Shown: piece by piece, positions 40,213-46,859 of the stretch
Position numbering within the stretch: position 1 is the first letter of the stretch
Layout of the letters: every line of letters begins with the position of its first letter
IMG/VR virus record: IMGVR_UViG_3300037258_000375
Location: 41,299 to 105,298 of that record
From: a virus
DNA: 64,000 nt
Strand: one strand, 5' to 3'
The notes under the pieces: model-generated
Told to the model about the DNA's origin: nothing
The model's database searches: none
The model's input: the letters and a program-made list of their open reading frames with translations, nothing else
Translations under genes and position numbers: made by a program

Positions 40213-40286
40213 TGGCAGGGGATGAACGATTTGAACGCTCAAATTCCGGGTTGGAGCCGGACGGTTTGCATTAAGCCTAATCCCCC
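40213..40286 (-). tRNA. tRNA-Trp(CCA)
   Basis: UCCGG-CUCCAAC-CCGGA; CCA. Confidence 0.85.
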
Positions 40287-40622
40287 AAAAGTTATCTTTC
40301 GATGACAATTAGCGCAGATGAGATCGCATTTTTGAATCTCGGCATAGATACGCGTCTTAGAGATACCCATCACCGCAATTGCATACGACACATCAAAGCA
40401 TTTTTCCTCGTCGGGTCGGTGATGGAATTCGAGGCACGCCCAAAATGACTCCTCACAATACAAGCAGTGCTTATCCTTTTTTAAGGACCGTGACCATTCA
40501 ACCCGCTTTGCCTTTTGAGCTATGGCGCGATCAATATAAGGCTGCTTATTGTTCCGGTAATGTTTCCTCCGGTAGCCTCGCAGTTTTTCTTGATTCGCGT
40601 CACGCCACGCTTTCGTAGACAT
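40239..40622 (-). CDS. HNH endonuclease inside tRNA cluster, leaderless
   Basis: C..C....CLEFHH...EI.KC.LICANCHR; TATACT six nt before ATG. Confidence 0.85.
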   Translation of the reverse strand: MSTKAWRDANQEKLRGYRRKHYRNNKQPYIDRAIAQKAKRVEWSRSLKKDKHCLYCEESFWACLEFHHRPDEEKCFDVSYAIAVMGISKTRIYAEIQKCDLICANCHRKITFGGLGLMQTVRLQPGI

Positions 40623-40638
40623 ACAAAAAGTATAGCGC

Positions 40639-40677
40639 TTTGGAGACCGGCAGTGTAGCCGCTGCGCTTACTCCCCT
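40639..40677 (-). pseudogene. 5' half of a tRNA-Trp truncated at the anticodon loop
   Basis: AGGGGAG-UA..GCCGGU-CUCCAAA then HNH promoter. Confidence 0.65.
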
Positions 40678-40695
40678 ATGATGTCAAAGACCAAC

Positions 40696-40720
40696 AAAAA
40701 ACCCTCTCCTGAGAGAGGGT
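40696..40720 (-). terminator. intrinsic terminator of attenuator 1
   Basis: ACCCUCUC-UCAG-GAGAGGGU followed by UUUUUG. Confidence 0.85.
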
Positions 40721-40743
40721 CCGGATTCCAATCTGTCTACAGA

Positions 40744-40830
40744 TTAGGAACCACAACCCTCACGCACGATTCCCCAAATGACCCGCTTGGTCCCGGTCAT
40801 GGTTCTCGCCGATTTGGTTATGGTCAGCAC
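40744..40830 (-). CDS. leaderless attenuator leader peptide MLTITKSARTMTGTKRVIWGIVREGCGS
   Basis: GTG 7 nt after -10; codons match downstream tRNAs; overlaps antiterminator. Confidence 0.8.
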   Translation of the reverse strand: MLTITKSARTMTGTKRVIWGIVREGCGS

Positions 40831-40837
40831 GAAAATA

Positions 40838-40866
40838 AGCGTACACCTGTTCGCATTTCGATGCAA
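40838..40866 (-). promoter_or_regulatory. sigma70-type promoter of tRNA operon 1
   Basis: TTGCAT-17 bp-TACGCT. Confidence 0.75.
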
Positions 40867-41009
40867 GCGGAAAATGGAAATATTCTTGTCAAGCGGAAAA
40901 TCGACACAGGCTTATCAGTGACTTGCAGACGAAGAAATGCGAAAACCCCTGTATTTATGCATGTTTGCAAATGCTCGCAATTAAAATTGACGTATCGGAG
41001 GAAACAACT

Positions 41010-41361
41010 ATGGATGGACAGATCAGCAAGTACGACCGGGTACGCGGCGGTCTTCATAACGTCGCGATGTTTACCAGGGCGAGCACAGTCAAAGACCGTG
41101 CAAGCCATCACCGGCAAGTCAGAAACGTTCGTCGTCGAGACAGCGCGGTTCGAAGACGAGGGAGATACCATCTTCATTGAGGCGCTCGATGAGAATGGCC
41201 TCACACGGCTCGCACTTCCACCAAAGGTTGCTGCGCTCATTGCTTCCCAGCGTGACAGTTTGACGGCGCGCCGCCGCTCGAAGGCCGCACAGCGAATTGC
41301 CCAGGAGCGCAAGGACCGAGGTGAGCTACCAGGGTTCATGCGCAAGAAGAGTACTGAATAA
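41010..41361 (+). pseudogene. hypothetical gene with apparent +1 frameshift at 41091-41093
   Basis: GGAGG RBS plus MDGQISKY..ASTV continues as KTVQAITG.. in next frame. Confidence 0.55.
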
Positions 41362-41403
41362 AAGTACCGTTGCCTCCCCCCAAAAGCGCGGTATCATGGG
41401 CGC

Positions 41404-41940
41404 ATGACAAACATTGAAGAAAAGGCGATGGTGTTTGCCACGCGAGCCCACAGAGGGCAGTTGAGAAAGTATACGAACGATCCGTACATTGTGCATCCAC
41501 TGACGGTCGCGGAGATCGTACGCGCCGTTCCCAACCACACAGAAGAGATGATCGCCGCCGCGTGGCTGCACGATGTCAAGGAAGATTGCGGCGTTCAACT
41601 GCCGGAGATCGCGGTAGAGTTCGGCTGGCCGGTCGCCACCATGGTTGATGAACTCAGCGACGTCTCGACCCACTTCGATGGCAACAGGAAGGCACGGAAG
41701 GCCATCGATCTACGACACACAGCGAAGGCGTCTCCGCAGAGCAAGACGATCAAGCTGGCCGACCTCATCGACAACACATCGAGCATCGTGCAATTCGACC
41801 CGAAGTTTGCGAAGGTCTACCTGCCGGAGAAGCTGGCCCTTCTCGAAGTGCTCAAGGATGGCGATTCCGAACTCTGGAAACGAGCCTACAGGTTGGCGCG
41901 GAGAAACGTCTCCCACACCGCGATGTTCTCCAGCCGATAA
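41404..41940 (+). CDS. HD-domain (p)ppGpp hydrolase-like (SpoT/Mesh1 type), leaderless
   Basis: FA..AH.GQ.RK....PYI.HP..VA, AA.LHDV.ED, IKLAD..DN. Confidence 0.88.
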   Translation: MTNIEEKAMVFATRAHRGQLRKYTNDPYIVHPLTVAEIVRAVPNHTEEMIAAAWLHDVKEDCGVQLPEIAVEFGWPVATMVDELSDVSTHFDGNRKARKAIDLRHTAKASPQSKTIKLADLIDNTSSIVQFDPKFAKVYLPEKLALLEVLKDGDSELWKRAYRLARRNVSHTAMFSSR

Positions 41941-42140
41941 CGCCGCCTCTGCCTGGAGCCTGGGACGAACCCCACGGCGCGCACGTCCAGGCCGTAAGCT
42001 CGGCATCGAGTGACCGAGTCGGCTCCCTGGAAGTCACCGAGAATCTCTGCGATCTGCGTGGACACCACCGCATCGTTGCTTCTGAAAAGCTCGATGAGCA
42101 CAGGAAGAGAACTCTCCACGGACTGCTTCATGCTTCCCTC

Positions 42141-42172
42141 AAAAAAAGGGCTGCGGGGATTGGCCCCGCAGC
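42141..42172 (-). terminator. terminator of Y-RNA/Ro60 operon
   Basis: GCUGCGGGG-CCAAU-CCCCGCAGC followed by CCUUUUUUU. Confidence 0.8.
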
Positions 42173-42197
42173 GAAGTTGATCGGTGTTGTTGTAATA

Positions 42198-42488
42198 CTA
42201 GATCGACTCGCCAAGGTCTGCCAACTCCTTGTCGATCTGCGCGCGCTTCTCCTGAGCAGTCTTAAGGCTCTCGCGCTCTGACTTCAACTGACGAATACGC
42301 GTCGCACGACGGTCTTCCATACGTGAAGAAATCTCACGGGAAATGGTATTCAGGTTATCGGAAACGTACTCCGGAACCGTGACCTTCTGTGCCTCGAACT
42401 CGCTACGAAGCTGCTTACCGAATGCTGACAGTGCGACAAGCTCATCGATGTCAGACTCTACATTGAAGTTCTTGAAATCCTGAAGCAT
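42198..42488 (-). CDS. small coiled-coil protein downstream of Ro60
   Basis: AGGAGG RBS before MLQDFK. Confidence 0.7.
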   Translation of the reverse strand: MLQDFKNFNVESDIDELVALSAFGKQLRSEFEAQKVTVPEYVSDNLNTISREISSRMEDRRATRIRQLKSERESLKTAQEKRAQIDKELADLGESI

Positions 42489-42601
42489 GGTCTTCCTCCT
42501 TTCCGCGATCCTCTGCTTCGAGAGATCGACAAAGATATTCTTCTTCGGAACCCTATTGCGGCTCGGGTTCTCATGCTTCTTGTTGTGGTAGTTCACTGCC
42601 A

Positions 42602-44110
42602 TCACACACCTACCAGTTCCGTATCCTTCAGCACATCGCTGAGCGACTTCAACGGCGTCGCCATGATCTCGTCAACGAGGCTGTACTGGTTCGACCGCAT
42701 CGTCTGCACAAGGTTCGGGATCGCATAATAGTCCGTCTTGCCGTCGCGAAGATCGAACGTCTGCATCTCGATACCCAGTGCATTCATGCGGTAGCTCAAG
42801 TTATCTGTACCGCCAGCGCAGTGGTAGAAGTAGACCGGCACGTCCTTATCCACGAACGTCGCATACTTCTTATACACATCCGGGAAGTGAGGTGCCCTAT
42901 TCTCCTCGCCGTCCGACACGATGGCAATGCCGTCAACCGCGATCTTCTCCGCCAGCATCCGATTCAGACCGCAACCGATGGACGTCGCCGAGCCAGTCTT
43001 GATGTGCTTCGTCGCGGCGATGACCTGATCCAGCGAGCAACCGGTGACATCTACAGTCATCGGAGTTTCGTCGAAGAACACGAGATACACCTTGCCCTTC
43101 ACGAACTGCGCCAGAGACGCCGCCACATGCTTACCGAACTCGATGCTCTTCTCCATGCTCGGGCTGCGATCCACCAGCACAAGCCAATCGCCAGCCGGAC
43201 CGCCAGCCTTCGCGATCTGCTTCGCCTGCAAGCCGCGCAGCTTCTCCTTCAGGCCCTCATCCGTGACGCCCTCGACTGCCTGGGTCGTCTTGAGCGTGTT
43301 CTGCGTAGACGTTGCCGCCTTCTGAAGTGCCTGCTCAAGCGCACCACGCAAAGCTGGGTTGGTCTTGACGCCGAGCTTCTCCAACATCTTCATGCTGGTC
43401 GCTAACTCGGTTGCCGTCATTTGGCCGATGAGGGCCAACACAAGGTCCGGCTCCTTCGCCTTCGCACCAAGAGCACCCGCAGCGATCAAGAACGGCACCT
43501 TGAACCTGATGATTGCGCCCGCCGCCTCAACCGGAGACATGTCCTTGAGGTGTGCCACTGCTTCGAAGACAGAGCCCTTCGGCAAAGCCAGCTTGGTCAC
43601 AACCACGGTACCGTCGATCTTCTCCTTCCACTGGCCGGAGATGACCGCAGCGACGCGGCGGTTACCAGGACCGGTACGTGAGAGCGCGTACAGCGCCTTG
43701 AGCACGCTGCGGTGCTGGATCGCGATGTGATCCCAGTTCCGTGACTCTTCCTTCTGCCGGAGATAGGCGCGAATCACGCGATCCATCTGCGACATCTTGC
43801 CCTTCGGACGAATCTCACGCACGAAATCGAAGGCGCGGCGCAACTCACGCGGGCCGAGCGCAGCCATGTGCGCGACGCTGTTGTCGAGTAATTCGAGATC
43901 ACTCTCGAACGCGAGGCCGAGAACCGGCAACGCGACCTTGCTGTCACGAATCTGACCATGCCGCGCGTTCCAGGCGATCAAATGCTGGAAGAACTCGCCA
44001 TCCTGCGCAATGGCCTGCTTGCCAACCTCGACATACTCGCCGAGCTTGCCGTGAGGAGACTTACTCAACTCGCTAAAAACCTTGGAGCGCGTTAAACCCT
44101 GCTTCTCCAT
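42602..44110 (-). CDS. Ro60/TROVE-vWA RNA-binding protein (divergent)
   Basis: helical N-domain (R..GQIRD) plus vWA with LVDRSPSM, T, IVSDGEEN; adjacent Y-like RNAs. Confidence 0.8.
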   Translation of the reverse strand: MEKQGLTRSKVFSELSKSPHGKLGEYVEVGKQAIAQDGEFFQHLIAWNARHGQIRDSKVALPVLGLAFESDLELLDNSVAHMAALGPRELRRAFDFVREIRPKGKMSQMDRVIRAYLRQKEESRNWDHIAIQHRSVLKALYALSRTGPGNRRVAAVISGQWKEKIDGTVVVTKLALPKGSVFEAVAHLKDMSPVEAAGAIIRFKVPFLIAAGALGAKAKEPDLVLALIGQMTATELATSMKMLEKLGVKTNPALRGALEQALQKAATSTQNTLKTTQAVEGVTDEGLKEKLRGLQAKQIAKAGGPAGDWLVLVDRSPSMEKSIEFGKHVAASLAQFVKGKVYLVFFDETPMTVDVTGCSLDQVIAATKHIKTGSATSIGCGLNRMLAEKIAVDGIAIVSDGEENRAPHFPDVYKKYATFVDKDVPVYFYHCAGGTDNLSYRMNALGIEMQTFDLRDGKTDYYAIPNLVQTMRSNQYSLVDEIMATPLKSLSDVLKDTELVGV

Positions 44111-44139
44111 AGTGTCACCGTCTCTTTCAGTTGTGGTAG

Positions 44140-44691
44140 TTATGGGAGTGTACGAGTTCTGAGATATTCGAGAAGGTCGATATAGCTGATCTTCTTCAAC
44201 TGGCACCACGCCACCGCCGACATACCACCTTTGTCTTTGTTGCATTTTCGGCACGCAGACAGGTAGTTACTCGGATCATTCAAGCCGCCCATCTCCAACG
44301 GATTGAAGTGGTCAATGGTCAATTGAACCTTGCCCATCGGCAGACTACAGTACACACATTTACAGCCGTCAGCCATCCATACTTTCTGCTGGACGGCACC
44401 GGAAATGTCGTAGCGTAGCTTCCGATGGAAAATCTTCTCCATCGAGCCTTGGACAAGAATCTCAGGATCGTCCGATCTCTGGAGCCAGTCCGACCATTCT
44501 TCGGTGGTAAGAATTCGAACTGACGCTACAGTAGAAAGACCACGCGCGTTCGGCAATAAGAACACGGCTTGCGCGCCTTCGCCGCCGATCACGACACCTT
44601 CAATTTTGAGGATGGAGCCTACGTCGCCGTGGAGAGCGGGACGATGGCGCAATTCTAGCTGATAAAATCTTGAGTCACTCGCCATCGTCAT
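44140..44691 (-). CDS. HNH nuclease with extra N-terminal domain
   Basis: DG.KCVYC, LTIDHF.P...GG....NY.SAC.KCN..K. Confidence 0.85.
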   Translation of the reverse strand: MTMASDSRFYQLELRHRPALHGDVGSILKIEGVVIGGEGAQAVFLLPNARGLSTVASVRILTTEEWSDWLQRSDDPEILVQGSMEKIFHRKLRYDISGAVQQKVWMADGCKCVYCSLPMGKVQLTIDHFNPLEMGGLNDPSNYLSACRKCNKDKGGMSAVAWCQLKKISYIDLLEYLRTRTLP

Positions 44692-44709
44692 CCCCCCGGA
44701 TCGAACTTA

Positions 44710-44843
44710 CGTGCTGTAGTCGATATGGCTTAGATTTTGCAGAGCCTTTCGGCCCGCGCCCCCCGTATATGAAGCCGGTATGGTGGTGGAAGGGGCCGGG
44801 GTTTCCCCCGGAACAAGATCATGTACCCATGTCAGTCAGCACG
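44710..44843 (-). ncRNA. Y-RNA-like unit 1
   Basis: GUGCU-GACUG-ACAUGGG-UACAUG...CCAUAU-CGACUAC-AGCAC. Confidence 0.8.
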
Positions 44844-44850
44844 AACTTAA

Positions 44851-44965
44851 TGCAGCGGCCAAGGAGGCAATTCGTAGCGGTAAAACCTGCTGTTGAGCTT
44901 CAGAGAGTCACTCGGCTCCGCTACACCCTTCTATTCCAGCCTCGGTAGGTCACCCCGCCGCTGCA
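44851..44965 (-). ncRNA. unknown rod-like structured RNA in Y array
   Basis: nested stems UGCAGCGGC/GCCGCUGCA, GAGGC/GCCUC, GUAGCGG/CCGCUAC. Confidence 0.6.
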
Positions 44966-44977
44966 AAACAAACTTGA

Positions 44978-45055
44978 TCGCGGTACCTTCTATGGCTCTC
45001 GAAGAGTACCTGTTTGGGATCGCATCCTTCTAAAGCCTTCCCTCGGGCACCGCGA
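44978..45055 (-). ncRNA. unknown four-way-junction RNA in Y array
   Basis: UCGCGGU/ACCGCGA closing three hairpins. Confidence 0.55.
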
Positions 45056-45058
45056 ACT

Positions 45059-45172
45059 TGGCTGGGGAACTCGGTTACGAGCCGAGAGCCTTCTTGCGAA
45101 GGCGCAAAGACATGTATCCAAGTCAGTCGGCAGTAACGCCGTAGTCGATCTGGAACTTCTTCAGTTCCCCAG
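45059..45172 (-). ncRNA. Y-RNA-like unit 2 (permuted; acceptor stem, T arm, CCA end)
   Basis: CGACUAC-GGC-loop-GCC-GACUG..UACAUG inside CUGGGGAA/UUCCCCAG-CCA. Confidence 0.8.
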
Positions 45173-45180
45173 TAAAACTT

Positions 45181-45241
45181 GCTGGCGGGAGTTGCCTCGG
45201 CACCTTCCACTCCCGGATCGCCTCGCGGCTGTCGAGCCAGC
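45181..45241 (-). ncRNA. unknown small three-way-junction RNA in Y array
   Basis: GCUGGC/GCCAGC, CGGGAGU/ACUCCCG, GCC-GCGA-GGC. Confidence 0.55.
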
Positions 45242-45249
45242 TAAATTAT

Positions 45250-45368
45250 TGGGGGCGGGTCTTGGATTCGAACCAAGATGCTCAGTTGATGAGACTTCGC
45301 TTTGCCATGTACCCGAATCTGTCAGCGTTTCCGCTGTAGTCGCTCCGGATTGTTTCATAACCCGCCCC
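45250..45368 (-). ncRNA. Y-RNA-like unit 3 (permuted; tRNA with D arm replaced by Y stem)
   Basis: GGCGGGU/ACCCGCC-C-CCA; CUUGG-UUCGAAU-CCAAG; CGACUAC..GACAG..UACAUG. Confidence 0.82.
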
Positions 45369-45375
45369 AACTTAC

Positions 45376-45498
45376 TGACCTGTAGTCGAAGTGCTATTCC
45401 CTTTCGGGAACGGAGTTGGAATTGAACCAACAACCTTCTGCTTAAGAGGCAGATGCTCTACCAAGTGAGCTATCCATGTAAGCACTTCAGTCAGGCCA
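45376..45498 (-). ncRNA. Y-RNA-like unit 4 carrying a tRNA-Lys(CUU) body
   Basis: Y stem enclosing D arm, UCUGC-CUCUUAA-GCAGA, T arm, GAAA hairpin. Confidence 0.85.
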
Positions 45499-45511
45499 TT
45501 CTCAAACTTAC

Positions 45512-45648
45512 TGGGCTGTAGTCGATCTGCTTGTGTTGCTAAGCGCTCTACCACTGAGCTAATCCCGCATAAAATTATGGGGCGGGATGAAGGATTCGAA
45601 CCTCCGACCTCTGCCTTGGAAGGGCATGTAAGCAAATCAGTCAGCCCA
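45512..45648 (-). ncRNA. Y-RNA-like unit 5, YrlA-type (T-acceptor-D order) from tRNA-Gly halves
   Basis: Y stem enclosing CUUCCAA arm, T arm, AUCCCGC-CCCA-spacer-GCGGGAU, D arm. Confidence 0.85.
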
Positions 45649-45655
45649 TACTTAC

Positions 45656-45731
45656 TGGCTTGTAGTCGTTCCGCATTGCCTTTCGGCGTGTTCGTGTTCA
45701 AAGCGATCATGTATGCGAAACAGTCAAGCCA
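45656..45731 (-). ncRNA. Y-RNA-like unit 6 (minimal)
   Basis: UGGCUU-GACUG-UUUCGCA-UACAUG...UGCGGAA-CGACUAC-AAGCCA. Confidence 0.8.
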
Positions 45732-45744
45732 TACTCAAAATTTC

Positions 45745-45861
45745 TCCGCTGTAGTCGTCTGGCAACCCCTTGCGGGGACACGGTCGGATTTGAACCGACT
45801 GCTTTTCATCCAAATTGAAATGTGGGACCAACCCACACATGTAAGCCAAACAGTCAGCGGA
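45745..45861 (-). ncRNA. Y-RNA-like unit 7 with degenerate tRNA body
   Basis: Y stem enclosing D-like arm, AUUUGGA loop arm, GUCGG-UUCAAAU-CCGAC, GCAA hairpin. Confidence 0.82.
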
Positions 45862-45881
45862 AACTCAAACTCAACTTCACA

Positions 45882-45910
45882 ACCTTACCACAACCCTGTC
45901 ATGCGCGCAA
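45882..45910 (-). promoter_or_regulatory. promoter of Y-RNA/HNH/Ro60 operon
   Basis: TTGCGC-17 bp-(TGG)TAAGGT with upstream A-tract; same TTGCGCGCAT as promoter at 48911. Confidence 0.65.
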
Positions 45911-46564
45911 TTTCTTTTTCTGCGCCGATCTATGGAGGGGCCGGAGGGAGTCGAACCCACGACCTGTTGATTCGTAGTCAACCGCTCTATCCGTCTGAGC
46001 TACGGCCCCGTGGTCGGGACTGTGGGATTCGAACCCACGACCACCTGTTCCCAAAACAGGAGCGCTACCTGACCGCGCCCAGTCCCGATACTCTAAGTCT
46101 TGGTCGGGGAGAGGGGATTCGAACCCCTGCATAGCCGAGCTACCTGCCCTTTGGTACGCGCCCAAGGATTCGAACCTCGGACCTCCGTCAGACTGCAACG
46201 GCGCTCTGACCACTGAGCTAGGCGCGTATGAAACATTCTTCTCACTCCACAGTTTATAGTTCTGCAAGACCGCGCGCTGTTCCTCATCGAGGGGCACGGT
46301 CACGACCGCTGTGAGACCAAGGTCATTGTCCGGCTCATAGAAAGCGGACGCATCGATGTGATGCAGCTTGAGCTTGGCAATGACTCTTTCGAGAGCTTTT
46401 TTGTTGGGGACGCCGATCAACACGAGGGACGGAACAAGATCATCCACACTCTGTGAAAGTGTGTAGGCCATCTCAAATGTCGCATGATTGGTCTGAATGA
46501 TCTGCTGCGCCAAGGTCAGGTCTTGGCGGACGAACAAGAAGTAGTATGGATTCCCCTAATGCAT
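45899..46564 (-). CDS. peptidyl-tRNA hydrolase 2-like protein with in-frame UAG at codon 3; ORF runs through downstream tRNAs
   Basis: YFLFVRQDL...QQIIQ..HA, LVL..V, F.EPD...GLTAV...P, L..Y.LW. Confidence 0.75.
45933..46009 (-). tRNA. tRNA-Arg(ACG)
   Basis: loop CUACGAA; CCA. Confidence 0.92.
46011..46087 (-). tRNA. tRNA-Pro(UGG)
   Basis: loop UUUGGGA; CCA. Confidence 0.92.
46101..46149 (-). pseudogene. internally deleted tRNA remnant (T arm plus CCA)
   Basis: AGGGG-UUCGAAU-CCCCU, CUCCCCG-A-CCA; no anticodon arm. Confidence 0.6.
46152..46227 (-). tRNA. tRNA-like RNA with non-canonical anticodon loop
   Basis: intact acceptor/D/T arms and CCA; loop GCAGUCU lacks U33 and purine 37. Confidence 0.7.
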
Positions 46565-46570
46565 GTGAGT

Positions 46571-46599
46571 ATCTTTCACCTGTTCTAAAATTTTGTCAA
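46571..46599 (-). promoter_or_regulatory. promoter for leaderless pth-like mRNA
   Basis: TTGACA-17 bp-AAAGAT, six nt before ATG 46564. Confidence 0.7.
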
Positions 46600-46859
46600 G
46601 GGGAATTTTCTAAACACGCCCTCATGAATCACATCTAGCTGGTAGCAAGTGATACCTATTTGTCTCGCTTTCACTTTCATGATGAGGGTTCGGCTGTTGG
46701 AATCCCATTCTCCGACATCGATGCCGATGACGTACTTACTTGGAGGCGGGAGCGTGACCATGCCCGCACTCACCGGTTCCAATGCCGCGACAGCAGCCAA
46801 GGGCGCGAGAGCTTTCGCGCCAGCAAGACCAGCTATCGATCTGAGAAAGCCGCGCCGAT

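Noticed and set aside
44705-45861. CRISPR array
   Set aside because: Repeated motifs are short, bipartite and co-vary as RNA stems, with variable order and spacing; no cas operon.
44950-46134. ORFs over the Y-RNA array and tRNA clusters (e.g. 45577..46134, 51697..52086, 52040..52396)
   Set aside because: Shadow ORFs over structured RNA genes, with no RBS or protein motifs.
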